DNA of 64,000 nucleotides from Girardia tigrina. Its lineage: Eukaryota. Each line of letters starts with the position of its first letter. The first letter of the stretch is position 1. The stretch spans positions 42,449 through 106,448 of the forward strand of contig MQRK01246435.1 of the NCBI GenBank assembly GCA_001938485.1, read 5' to 3'. A program made the position numbers and the translations under genes. Shown here piece after piece: positions 39,201 to 54,200 of the stretch. The notes below the pieces were generated by a model. It ran no database searches. It saw nothing but the letters and a program-made list of their open reading frames with translations, and was not told the DNA's origin.

Positions 39201-42200
39201 TCTTTAACTGTATTATTTCGTCGGACTGGGGACAAACTTTGAGCTCTGTTGGTTTCCTCAGACACTGATCGAACCCATTCGGCAACCCTTGTAAAATTAG
39301 GTTCAATGGATGAATTATTTATTTGATTAATCATAAAATTTTCATGAACTAGTGTTGTTTGAGCTGTTTTATGTTTCGTGGATCTTTAATATTAAATATT
39401 AAATTTTAAATTAAATAACAATCAATTTACTTGTGTCTTTTTCTACCTTCTCTTTCATTGTTTTCTGATATCTGTTCATTTGTTACACACGGTTTCGATT
39501 TCTTTAACATTTGTTGATGTTTTGCACAATGTTTTGCACTGCGTTTTTGTGGCGACTGAACGTTATCAACAGTTTCCGCTTGGAATGGATAAGTATCTGA
39601 CTGAATGGGTGTCTGGGTATCAACGACCATATCACTATGCTTCTCAACCCAGTCCCATACAAATGGTTTATAAGTCTGTGGAGTAACTAAAGGATGTAAA
39701 TTAGATGAAGGTAATTGGGATGTGTTGTTATTTAAACAATGAAAATTATTAGATGAAGATATCTGAGAGTTTGCTGGCAAAGATAAAGAATTTGATGCGT
39801 CAATTAATTTTTGGTCACCATCAGATGAACCAACGGCTGCTGTAATGGATTCCTGAGAGGAAGGGTTCTCATTGGAAGTGGAGTTAGTGGAAGTGATTGA
39901 AGTAGTGTTAATGTTTGGAGATTCTTGAATGTTTGCATTTACATCATGACTTTTGGAGATGACCTCTGAGGCCTGGAAAACATCTGTTACGGGATTCACT
40001 AGCACATTGTTGTCTCTGGATACGTGTTTGGAATCAATGTTTTGGATTTCCTAATGAGGAGAATTAAAATTCAATGAAATATTAATTTATTAAAAAGCCA
40101 TGAAATTAAATTTTTTTTTATTTTAATAAATTTTATTGATGTAACTTGGTTCAATCATGAGAAACAGTAATACAGCTTTCGTAAACCGTTTTTCAATCTT
40201 TCATGTTCAATATATACAACCTTAATATTTATATGTAACAAATTTATTAAATATTTTTGTTACAAAAATTTAAAAGCGCAAAGTCTTACGTGTTGCTTCA
40301 AGAGTATCTTGAATTCAAACCCCGTAAGATGCTCACTGTAAGATTTGTAAGTATAATTTATAAGATATTTTAATTCTCAACATTTAAATAATTATTGATA
40401 TTATTAAATATATATATCTATATCCATATCCATATTTATAAGAAACGGTTAAAAATAGAAATACTAAAATATCCTCAAATAAATTCAGTTGTTTAAATAA
40501 ACAGAAATTTTGTGGGTAATTCAAAAAGTTGTCGATAGATAAATTATTTGGATCCAAGCTTATCTCTTTTGTGATTTGAATGTCTGAAGAAACAGGAGAC
40601 ATTTATGCGACCAATGTCGTTCCTAACACTCACCATGAAGAATGAGAAATAGTTGAAGTTCTTCTAGAATATGCCATTAGTTGTGCTTCATATGTAATTG
40701 TTTTCAGACAGAAGACTATTAGAGATGATAAAAAAAGAAAAAAAGAATATTTCCCCAGAAAAATTATTTCCTACTGAGACAGAAAGTATTAAATGTGATA
40801 TAACATCCGAAAATTGCTCTCATAATCAAAAACTCATAGGTCAAATATAAATTGCTAAAGAAAAAACATTTCAGGTAGTTTAAAAATGTTATTTGGAGTG
40901 TTTCAAGCTTGTAAATGTATCAAAATAACATTGAACAATTGTGGCAACATTTTAAACAATTTAATAAATGATTTATTCGGTTCTCATATGAGGAGGTTCT
41001 AATATCTTTCCATCCATAAATTCTCCAAATGAATAAACTCACAAAGAAGTCACACTAAAAACAGAAAATTGTAAAATTTTTTAAACATCCTATTGGGTGA
41101 CCCGAAATGTTCGTGACTATTTTTAATACAAATTTAGAAGCAAAAATTTTATGTATAGATATATATTTGATCAATAATGTATAGAATATTTGTTTCACAA
41201 TCGTTCGCCATCATTTTGTAACTGGATAATTCAATCCTTCCAAGACAATCAGTTTTTCGTTAAAACATTTTTCAAGATGGAATTTCAGGACATTAAAAGA
41301 TTCAAATATGTTGACGCAACATCAAGGAAGGTTGCAGCCCAGGTCCAAGAACTTTCTGCTCGTAGTCAAAAATATATGTAGTTTGACATAATCATGATTC
41401 AATACAACGTCCTTTCTGCTTCTCTAAGTTTAGTCGTTTTACATACAGGTTGGAACTACACTTGTCTGAATTGTTCGTCTGGTTGTTTTCTAGGAGCTCA
41501 TAATACAGACCAGCTTTAAGAATGACTAATGTTGGTTCATCTGACTTACCACGAGATGATTTCCCAAAAAAGCCATAAAAAGCTCATATCTTGTTTCTTG
41601 TTTAACAAGCATTTTTGCATTTCTGGAAATAGAAAAACATCAAATATCGAAAATGCTTCTTGTTTTCTTTCATTTCCAAATCGGTGCATAACAGATAAAA
41701 ATCAAATTAGACAAAAAATTGTTTTCTAAACTTGCATCAGACTATCACTTTCCATCCTATATTCGGTACGAACAAATATCCCATTATTTACATTCCACAG
41801 TTGGAATCATTACTACCTCTACATTATGTTTTTGTAAATTAAAATTTTTCAACCCATTTTCCTTAAAACTTTATTCGTAACAGATGACACTGTACAATCA
41901 ATGATCCATTTAAACTGTTTCCCGAAAATTTTTTATCTATAGTATTTTTTGTATTTATATAAAAGACTCTTTAAGTTTAAATTATATATCTCGTAACGAT
42001 ATGAATGAAGTAAGAGAATAAAAACCCAAGTCATTGTTTACAAATAATTATACTTTTCAAAACTCTGTCATTTGTATATGGTTTTGTATCATTATTGACT
42101 CGGTGTCGATTTCCTGTTGAAAAGTGTTTCGAAGTCTGCATGTTTGTAAATTAGGGCTTAAAAAAATTATTTATAATGAAAAACTTATTACAATTGGCTA

Positions 42201-45200
42201 AAAATATAAAATTAATACAATCTCCTCTTTTTTTTAAAATTTCAGGATGAATGGTATAATGTTATTAACTATTATATAATTTAATATTTGAACTACGTCC
42301 TATATCAAAAACTTCTGCTCGACTCAAAGTTTCTATTTGTTTCCATGTAGAGTTTGAAAGTAACTTATCAAATAAGAATAAGAATTACATTAAATTATAA
42401 AAGTTGACAAACAGCTCTTTATACAAAATTATAATTCTTTTGTCTTTTATAATTGGAAATTAAGAAGTCGCCGACTGGTGAGTTGCGTTGAAAGGAGCCC
42501 CATTAGTGCTTTGAGTTTGAGACCTTTACCAGAATATATAATAATATTAATATTATTTTTTAATTATTAGGTTGTCCGGAAAGTTCGTAGCGTTTTTTTA
42601 AGAAAATTTGAGACTCTATAAAAATCGAAATGATTGAGATCAGTCTACAAAGTATTCTCCATTGTTTTCCACCACCTTTTGCCATTATTCTTCAAGTTTT
42701 ATAATATTTTTTTCATAAAACGCTTGACTTTTACTTCCGAAAAACTCATCAAGGTAATTTTTGCAAGCATCTTTGTCTGTAAATCTTTTTACCACTAATC
42801 GAGTTTTGTAGACAACGGAATAAGTAAAAATCTGAAGGTACAATATCTGGCGAATACGGTGAGTGCAATAGAATATCTGCCAAACTCTGCTATTTTTTTC
42901 TGAGTTTGGAAAAATGTATGAAGTATTGCATTATCATGATGGAATACAACGCCTTTTCTGTTAGCTAATTCCGGACGTTTCTCCTTGATTACATTATCCA
43001 ATTTGCATAGTTGCTGAAAATACTAATCAGAATTAATTGTTTCTTTATTTGGATGTAGCTCGTAACATATCACGTCCTTCCAATCCCACCAAATGCTCAA
43101 TAAAACCTTAATGGGTGCAAATCCTGTTTAGTTGATGTGAGAGGCTTACTTCCAGCTTCCCCCATGATCTTTTGCGATGTACGTGATCGTACATTATCCA
43201 TTTTTCATCGCCGGTAATTAGCCACTTTTGAAACGGACTTTCATTATTTCTTTTGAGGAGCAAAATGCAGGCTAGAACTCTATCAGGAAGCACTTTTTCT
43301 GTTAATTTATGTGACACCCAAGCATCAAGTCTTGAAACTTGTAAATGGTCGTGAACTGCACTTTTTGATATCTGCAATAATTCTGCCAAATCTCGAGCGT
43401 TTATTCTCGGATTTTTGGCGATTTTAATTTTCAGTTCCTCGTCAGCTATAGTGGACGGGCAACCAAATCTTTCTGCATCTTGAAGGTTGAAATTACCTTT
43501 CTTGAAGTTCGCAAACAACATACGCACTGTACTTTCCCCGACCGCACTAGAACCATAAACGTCGCAATTTTTTTCTGCGTTTCGGCAGCGTTTTTCTTCT
43601 TAGTATAAAAAAACGGCATTACATGTCTTAAATGAATTTTATTTTCGGCCATAATTAGGAAAATAAAAATTCGAAAATTAATTGATTTTAAAGATAATAT
43701 ATGAATATTGATGAAACAATTAAAAAAGCATGGAAAAATAAAGGGAACAGTAAAAAATTACAGTCTTGAAATCATATATGAAAAATGCTTCGAACTTTCC
43801 GGACAACCGAATATTTTAATATTTCAATGTTTTTCTTCTATAAATAATGCAATCAATGATTTATGTAATTTATTTACTATTAATTCCAAAATATTATATC
43901 TATAAAATTTTAAATTAAAGTCAAAGAATAAATTAAAAAAATTATTTTAAAATTCATATCAGAAAAATTGATATCCCTGCATTTTTAATTTCTAATTTTC
44001 TTTTATTTATTTTTAAGTTTACTTTTATTGAAAATATTTAAACAGTAAATAATGAATACTGAATTATGATTTTGTCGTAAATAATGTCTTTTATTAATAA
44101 AATAACGAAATACTTCAAAAGAAACAAAATAAGATTAAATTATCAGTAAATTAAATAAATAAATATTTTTTCATTAATTTAAATATTTTTTCATTAATTT
44201 AAATATATTTTTAATTACAATATATTAATTTAAAAATTATTATTATGAGAAGTTAGTTAATATTCTTTCACTGATAAATTTTCATATTTTGGAAATAATT
44301 AAAATTTTAGATCATAATTTTAAAAATCTTTAAAAAATTTTTAAATTAAAATATTAAAGCCATTTTTGTAATATAATTGTAGTATATTAAATTTTTAAGT
44401 AAATATTATTTGACAAAAACATCTTAGATTACAATCGCATTAAGGATTAATTTTAATTTATAAGTTTGAAAAATGGTTTTTAAAAATTTTAAAGTTATTT
44501 TATAAGGATAAAATTATTAAAAATAAATGGAATTAAATATCAATTTTGAAATTTGTGTTTTTTTAAAAATTTGATTAGAATATAAACATTAAAAATAAAT
44601 AAAGGGGAATCGATTATTAAAAATGAATCTGAAATTTTTGTAATAAAATTATGAATTTGTTCTTATAAAAAATGAATTTGACTTTGAATATCGAAAACGA
44701 TATCAATACAAAAACAATTATTAACTAAATAAAAATATAAATGAAAAAATCTAATATATTATTATAATTTGAAATAATTTCTATTGAAAACCAATTTTTG
44801 AAAGCTGAACGATTACATAAAAAAGTGATGAATAAATATACAAAAAATAAATTGATATTAATACAAATATTTTTTTAATGTATATTTTACCGAATTAAGG
44901 AATTTCGTTTGATGTCCACTGGTTTCTGGCGAATGTTGTCGGTTCTTGGTTGAAACCATCGGTCCGTCGACCCACATTTCCTTTTGAGTACTTAATGTTT
45001 CAATAGCATTTTTGGCTGCAACCTTTGGCCAAACTAAGGCATTTGTCCTTACTATAGCTTTGGAAACCTGATTGGAAATATGATTTTTGGACAGTTCGAG
45101 CTTTGATAAATCCTTAATAAATAATTATTTTTACATTTTCTTCCTTTAATTTATTATCAAATACAATTTTATTATATCTAAATTATTTCATTTTTTCTTT

Positions 45201-48200
45201 CATTTAAAGATATACATATATAAAAGCCACAACCCGGTTTAATTTTATATTATTTTCAACAATTAAAATCTGCAGTACACGCTAAATCAATTTCCTCAAG
45301 AGAGAATTAAAGTTTGAGTATTTCTAGGAGAGTTGGGAAAAATTGATATCGATTTTCTAGGGAAAATGTGCGCTTTAGAGTGGCAATTTTATCAATATTA
45401 TCAATTTTGACACAATTTAGAGAAATTAATATATACATATATTAAACTATAAATAAATTATGTATTTCATCTTTTAAAAATCGTTTTAAAAACCAAAATC
45501 TATTTACTAACGCAAAATATTTATAAGAAATGCTTTGTTAAAAAAAGTCTTTTTTAAAGATTAATTTGAACAATAATTTGAATATGTATTAAAAAAATAT
45601 AAAGGACGATAATATTTATAAATTAAAAAGTCCCACTTTATAATATTAGGTTTGTCGAAAAATAATGGCGGTTTTTGGACACAAACTTCAAAGACGTGCA
45701 AATTCACAGAAACAAAAGTTTATTAATCAAAGTATGAACCGTTGGCATTAATACATTTTTGCCAACGAGAAACACGTTGTTTTATTCCATCAGCATAAAA
45801 TGCATCCGTTCTCGAAGCGACGAATTCTTGGAAGGCATTTTGAGCATCATTTTGGTTTTTGAAATTTTTTTCACGTAGGAAGTTGTACAAATGCCTGAAA
45901 AAGTAGAAGTGCGTTGGCGAGAGGTCTGGTGAATATGGTGGACGAAGCAGGGTTTCATAGCCCAACTCATTAAGCTTTTGAAGAGTCACTTTTGAAATAT
46001 GAGGTCTAGCGTTATCATGAAGAAGGATGGGACTTTTTCGATTGACCAATCCCGGACAACGGGTTTTCAATTTTTTATGCATTTCATCAATTTCATGACA
46101 GTACCTCTCCGCTGAGATTGTTTCATCTGGATTCAAGAAACTATAGTGGATGATTCCAGCATCACACCACCAAACTGTCAACATAACCTTACGGGGTGTT
46201 AGTTTCGGTTTTGGAAAGTGTTTCGGTACTTTATCTTTGTCCAACCACTGTGCAGATCGACGTCGGTTATCATACAGGATCCATTTCTCAGAATACGATC
46301 AAGAAATGGATCGTTTTTATTGCGAAGATGATTGGCAGAACAAATTTCATAGCGTCGGTTCTTTTGATTTTAATTCAAATCATGTGGAAACCATATATCA
46401 AATTTCTTGATTTTTCCAAGTTGTTTTAAATGATCCAGGACTGTTGTATGACAAATGCCCAACCCATCTGCAAGTTCTCTGATTGTTCTATGGGGATATG
46501 TTTCCACCATTGTCCTCAAATTGCCGTTGTTCACAGCCACTGGATGACCACGACCTTCTTCATCTTCAAGGTTTTCATCTCCATCAGAAAATTTTCGGAA
46601 CCATCGTTGCACAGTGCGCTCAGAAGCTGTTCCCTTGCCAAACTATTTATTGATATTGCGAGCCGTTTCTGCTGCTTTACGACCCAGTTTAAATTCGTAC
46701 AAGAAAATTGCTCGAATTTTAATTTTTTCCATTATTAATTTAGCACCGTAAATATTCTAAAAAATAACAGCAATATGTTAATAATGGCTATAGGAATATA
46801 CAGCTAGGCATAAGATTTCAAATAATATCTAATACTAATGCATTTAAACTTATATACATATCAAAATAGATAAACAAAGTATAAAGCTCAAAAACCGCCA
46901 TTATTTTTCGACCAACCTAATACATATTTAACTCAATTTATATCGATAGAATTTTCGTTATCATCTGACACTTCTGATTCTAGCTGTTAAACTTATATAT
47001 GTCAAATGATGAATAAACAATTAATTATGTAATAAATGTTTTAAATTAAAATAAAATCAAAGAATAAACTCAACAAATTATATTAAAAGTCACATCAGAA
47101 AAAATCATATCACTGAATTTTTTATATACAATTAATTATTATAAAAGTGGCTAATATAATAAAAGTGGCCAGACTGTAATCTGAGACACTGCGATAAAGC
47201 TATGTCAGTCAGCCAGTTCATAGCTGCGCTTCATTTTTAAATCGGTAGGTAATTGACATATAATATCTATAATATCAATAATCATTTGCATTCAGTCATT
47301 TATACTGTTAGTGACTTTTTTATGCCTAATAAGCGCGGAAAAAGAGAAAATATTAAGAAAGCATTGAGAGGAAAAGAGAGAGTAACTTCAATAAGAAAAG
47401 CTGCAAAGGATCATAAAGTGAACAAAAGCACTCTTCAATGACGAATAAAAAATTTTCGTCCTTGTGTTCTCAGTCAGGAAGAAGAAACTTCCATAGCTGA
47501 TACAATGAAGCAAGTAACTGAATGGGGCTTCGGATTCACTCATGAAATTGTCACACTGCTAATTAAACTATATCTGGATAGCAAAGGATATATGGAACCA
47601 CGCTTCAGGAATAACTTACATGTGGAAAGATTTAGTCGTTTCCTTTAGGAAGAGAAACAATCTTGTCACTCGTAAAGCTGGCAGTATTAAAACTGCCAGA
47701 TTGTCTGTGCGTGCAGAAGACATAAATTCGGTTGTTGATAAAATGATTGACGAAATTCCACAAAACAAAATGTTTAATTTTGATGAGACGGCATTTATCG
47801 ACGACCCGAGATCAAATGCAGTAATCGTACCAAACTGAACAAAAAAAGTAGCCGTTGTCAAAGAACACAGCAAAGTTAACATCTTGTGTGTTGTTTACCA
47901 AGCGCAAAACCTATACGCAGGGTGCACGCGTGGAAGACATGTTGGAACATTGTACAACATGAGTCAGTTAGGCAGGTTCGACAGGGAGATATTTGAAGTG
48001 TTGTTTGAGAAGCTATTTTTTCGTCATGTCAGAGAAGCTAAACTTGAAGGACAAGTTCTTCTGATAGGTGATTATTTAGTATCTCATTTTTCTGTGAAAG
48101 TTGTCCAAATTGCTAAAGAAAATAATATCACGTTTGTCGCACTTCCTCCTAACTCTACTCATCTGTGCCAGCTGTTGTATCTCAGCACAGGGTTTTTCAG

Positions 48201-51200
48201 TCTTTATTATTGACAATTCTTTTTCTAAATTTTTCTGATCCGTGGGTGATTGATTCATCCATAGTTGCAACAAATGATCAAGATTCGATAAACAAAATAA
48301 CACATGTTTTCTGTCATAAATGAGTTTTAAAGTTAAATAAGCAACAGAATCATGAGACGTTATTTGATTTAGAGAAGATTCCAATATTGATTTTACATCC
48401 GCAGCTTATTATCATCTTTAGTAAATTGTGGTAGTATTTGGTTTGTTCTCATAAGAAGCAAATCAAGAATAGTTCTAAATATCATTAATTTAATCACTAT
48501 GTTAAACGCCGATCGTTTCCACACTTCCATTTACAATTCAAAAGAAAGTTATATTATTTGTTTAACAAATCGTCATAGACTGAAATTAACGGTTTTTTAC
48601 AATTGTTTGTTTTGAGTTTATTACAATTCCTTAATAACATTATTACCTCACATTTTTTTTCTAATTGGTATTTGCTATATATGTTTATACAAACGAAGTT
48701 CATCAAATCGTTATACTTTTCGTTTTGGTTAGCTTTGTCTGAATAAACACGAGCTATGTTGATATCTCGAACAAGTAAAGCGGTCTTAACACGGCCTAAT
48801 TTGATGCAGTCAACTTTAAAGGTGATGGTTTTACAACACGGAAGGAGCTCCCATGAAACAGCTCCCGATGTAATTCATCAAAGGTACAACATAACCTTTT
48901 AATTACTTCGAGGCGTCAATTTTCCAATTGAACCTGGACTCAGGCATTGGTATTTTTTCATTTCCGGTTATTGTAGACAACCCATTTTTCATCTAAAGTC
49001 AAAATCCGTTGCAAAACTCAAGTTCAGTTGTTTAATTCGCCCTATTTTTCTGCATTTCATTGAGTTCGTGTGGCACCTCTTGACGACGTTTATTTTTTTT
49101 CTTTATTTTCTGATGTTTCGAATAACGATTGTATGAGAAATTTGGAGTTCAACTGCCAGTAAGCGCATTGTTTAGGTCAGATTTGCTTTAATCAAACAGT
49201 GCAGAGCTCATTAATCAATGGTTGTTTGGCGTCCGAAACCCTTTTCATCTTTACGAAGCATATTGCTGAGGTGGAATTTCGCATATCATCGGAAACATGT
49301 TTGAAGTCGTAGAATCTCGGCCGTTGCAAGCGCAAATGTTTTAGGAGGCTACCGTTTCTGTACGACCAATTTAAATTTATTCAAAATTAAGTTGCACATT
49401 TCTTCACACTTTTTTAAAATTTTAACTTGGTCCTAAATCAATAGCATTTTATAGAAAAGACAATACAATGCGAATAATATATCAAATTGCTCCTGAGAAT
49501 AAATAATTTATAAAATCAATATAAAATAAAATTAATTTCAAAATTTATTATATTTTAACCAAAATTTACAAAGTTTACATTTTAAAGTAAATTTAGCTTT
49601 GAAATCTAAGAAAATAGTAAATTTAATAAATAATAAATTAATTTCCTAATTAATAATATAATTATTATTAATATTAAATGAGAATAATATTTAAATATGT
49701 AAAAAATATGAAAAAAAATATTTCATTGTATGGGGGAGAATTAGTTGTTAAGAATAAGATTAGTTAATTGGTAAAGGATTATTATTGTTATCCTCTTTTA
49801 TTCAGAAATTAATTGAGAAATATTTTCTTTTCAATTTTATAAATTTCATTGTTTATCACCATATTTTTGGAATAAAATATATAAAAGTAAATTAAAAATA
49901 ATTGATTTTTTCCCAATTTTTTACAATATTATTGTAATAGTTGTCTTAAAAAGAATTTAATAAAATATAAAATTGACATATATTATAACAAGAAAATATA
50001 TAATTTTTAAAATTTATTTATATAAAATATATTAATACAAATCTCATAAAATGAAACTAAAAACTAAAATAAGCTGCATTTAAATATCATAAAAAACTAT
50101 AATGATTATATTTTTAGGAGGATTCGAATAATAAAATGTCAAGTAATATAAGACTGAAAGGATTTCTAGTATCATAACACTTCCGTTCTATAATTGTATT
50201 TTATTTATTCATTTAATGACTGTCTCTATAGGTTTTGTACAAAATTTAGTGTTTAAGTTGATCAATGCTTGATGCAAAATATATAATATTGTTTTATTTA
50301 ACGTTTGAAGAGTAGCCCTACCTTTCATCACATAGGCAAACATATAGGGTTAGGGTTAAGGTTATATCGTGACATAACTCCTATGGGAATTTGTGTCCTA
50401 AAACCATCCAAAAAATTACTTTATAATTCGTCAAAATAATTAGATCTATTTATCTTTTTATATATTTTTTGTTTGAATATTAAACAAAAGTTTTGTAACA
50501 TACTAAGCATAAATATTTATCATTTTGTGACATATTCCGTTTTCTTTTTTGTTGAATGATATTTTATTTTAAGTCAAACTAATTTTCTGATGGAAGCTCT
50601 CAATAATATCTCAAATATAAATTATTTATTTATAAATTATTAGAAAACTCACGGATTCTGATCCAGATTTCTCAGGAATGGAATTGGTAAAACTTGGTGC
50701 AGATATCCGCCTTTTTCTCAGTAAAAACGACGAATGTTCTTCGCCAACTTTGTTACGGGACGCTCCCAAATAAATGACAGTATCACAGGATTGTTCACTA
50801 CTTGACGTATAGTCAGCTTCTGAGGAAGTCATTCCGTTGGTACTGGATCCAGATGAAAATCCTGCGCTTCCTGCTTTACTTCTACTAGCTCTTCGAAATC
50901 CAAAACTATCACAAGAAGAACTATCATCAGAACTTGTGCCAGACAGTTTTGAAAATTTTCGTCTCTTTAGTCTTTGTAGTTTTAGAGCGAATTGAATTAT
51001 CTTAATTAATGTTAAATTATATATAAATCATGGTAGAAAATAAAAAAAACATGTTATATTTTTTTGAATAAATGATTTGATTATTATACATATAAAATAT
51101 ATAGCTGATACGCGACTGATAAAATCAAATGCAAGAATTAAAAATTTCTGACGAGCCGTTTCATTTTCGTAACTGATATCCAAAACTTATCTTTATCATG

Positions 51201-54200
51201 TTTATAAAATATTAATAATAATAAAAATAATAATAATATTAAAAATAATAATCATAATAATATATTTCTTATTTTTTATATTTACCTTTATATTTAAAAT
51301 CTTTATGGTCACGAAGAAATGTAATCATATTTAAAATTGATAACAAATAATAATACATATATAAGACGAAATCCGGTTATAATTTTTATTTTTTTAATAT
51401 TGTGAAATAAAAGATAAGCTTTAAAGAGGAGGGTATTTATATATAAGGTTCTAAAGTATGAAATTTGTAGAACTAAAGTCAAAGTTTATTGATAATTTAC
51501 CAAAACAAATATTTATGTCATTCATCAAAGTATAAACCCATAATTTCGACACACTTTTGCTATTTGAGCGACAGCATATTGAGGCTATTTTGGATAAAAA
51601 ATTGGTAGGCGAGAATCTGGAAGGACATTTTTTCGGTATCTTCGGAATTTTGATTTTTTTTCTATCTAAAAGTTGTTCAGATTGACTATGAAATGGTACT
51701 CAGGTGGGGCAACGTCTTTTGAGTATGGAGAATGATGCAGAAGGTCCAACTCAAGTTCCTGTAGTTTTGTCACGGTCATTAGGGCAGTATGTGGTTTTTC
51801 ATTATCATGGCGCTAGATGGGAACCGACCTACTTATCAAACGTGGATGTTTTTTTTAGTTGACGCATCCGATTCTCCAACTGGTTGCAAATGACATCTTT
51901 TGTGATCAAGGAACCAGGTTTCTTGAAGTTATAAAGGATTACACGTGTGGCAGACCACCAAACATTCGCCATCAACTTCTTTTGCTGAATGTTGTGCTTT
52001 GAACTGTGTTTTGGTGTTTTTTTTGTCCAATCCAGCTTGCTAAACATTTACAGTTATCATATTAAATCCATTTTCCATCACAAATGACAAGTTAATTCAA
52101 AATTTTTATAACTTTTATAACGAGAAAACATCGTAAAATGCCTCCAGACGCTTTTATTTCTGCTTTTCATTCAATTTATATGGAATCCACTTTTCTAACT
52201 TTTTTTACTTTACTAATTTGAGCGAAGTGATTCAATATTGTTTGCATTTACAGCAAACGTTAGCGATAAATTTTGAGCAGTTTGTGATGGATCCGACTCC
52301 GCGGTTACTTTCAGTTCGATATTGACTAACTAAGTTCCTGGACGACCCCGAGACTCTTTATTGAGGTCTAAATTACCTTTCACTAATTTCCAGAAACAAT
52401 TTTACTGTCTGTTGCGTATTAAGATTGTACAATACACTATTGATGTTTTGCATGGTTTTTGATACTGAAGTTCCACATAGGAACTCTTACTTCATTGTTC
52501 AAATTTCTGCATTTTCTATTTTTGAAAATACTAATTATTAAAACAAGTTATCATTAATTTAAAACATTAATTTCAAACATTATCATTAATTTTAAAATAT
52601 CATTATCATGCTTCTTTTACCAATCTACGGAAGAACAGCACAAACGGATTTATACGATAGATTTAAAGAGGATAGATTTAAATGGATACATGTTTGATTG
52701 AAGAAAAGAAGGGGGCCCTGTACCGAAGGACAGTGCCAAAGATTATTTTTTTGCAATAGAAATTTCGATAATATTCTGATAAACAATCTAATAAAGCTTG
52801 ACAATCAAATATATTGCAATTTTACTTCTGTTTTAAGTACTATTAAATAAATGAATTGTAGAGAAAGGAGTTTTAGAGTTTTAAAAGTAAATTAGAAGGT
52901 TGAAAAGATTAAATAGAAGTTTTGAAAGTATAAAAATAGGTTGAAGAGTCAAGTGGAAGATTTTAAATTTTAAAAAGAAGATATTTAAGTATAAATTGAA
53001 CGTTTGAAAGAGGGAATTGGAAGTTTTAAAAGTCATGTAGAAGTTTTAAAAATCTAAAAGGAAGGTTTTAAAGCATAAATAGAATATTTTTAGTATTAAT
53101 ATTGGGTTGTTGCATAAATTCCCGCCGTTTTTTAAACATTTATTTTCAAAGAAATCAAAGAATTTTAACAACCAAAATTATGACTCAGTTAATTAAATAT
53201 TTAATGAAATCATAAAATTTTAACAGCAAAAATAATAACACTTCAATCAATTATGTACTCTCCTTCATTGTTCATTACTTCTTCCAATCTTTCCACCAGT
53301 TTGTTGATTCCATTTCGCCAGAAATCCTTAGGTCGAACATCAATGTTGTTGAGCCAATTCTCAAGATGATCCTGATTTTCGAAGCTAAGACACCTCATTT
53401 CATTTGAAAGGCAGCGGAAGAGATGGTAATCCGTCGGGGTGATGTCTGCAGAATAAGGAGAATGTTGAAGGACCTCCCAGCCGAGCTCTTGAAGTGCCAT
53501 CTTGACAGTTTTTGCGGTGTGTGGTCGAGCATTGTCATGGAGGAGGATCACCTGGCCTTGTCGATTTGGTCTTTTTTTGTTGAATTGCCTCATTGACTCG
53601 ATGCTTTTGGGCTTTACAGAGATTTTTTTTCTACTGTCATGTTCTTTCCAAGCATTTCCCAGTGGTTTAGACCTTTGCAATTCCGCCATACGCAAATCAG
53701 TGTCTTCATTGGGTGCAGATCTTTCTGGATCTCTTCTCTCCTTACTCTTCTCTCCTGGAATCACCCACTTTTTCCTTTGCTTAATTTTCACATAGAGACA
53801 CCATTTCTCGTCTCCAGTGACGATTCTGTATAAGAAACGTTGTCTGTGGCCATACGTCCTTGATGTTGACCGAGATTTTGAGCAGCAATGGAAAGCCGCT
53901 TATCCTTCTGTTTTTGGGTGAGTTCGTGCGGGATCCAAGCTCCAAGCTTTTGAGTGAAACCCATCGACTGAAGATGGCGTGAAATTGTCACAAAATCACA
54001 ATTCATCTTTTCGGCCAATTCTCTGTATGTCTGGTTGCCATCTTCCTTCAAAAGATCCCCAAGTTGGTCCTCGTCCATCTCAACTGGTCTTCCGGAACGA
54101 GGAGCGTCGTTGAGATCGAAATTATCGTGTTTAAACATGGCCAAGCAATCCCGAGCAGTTCTCTCAGCTATAGCGTCCTCTCCATACACGGTACAAATAT

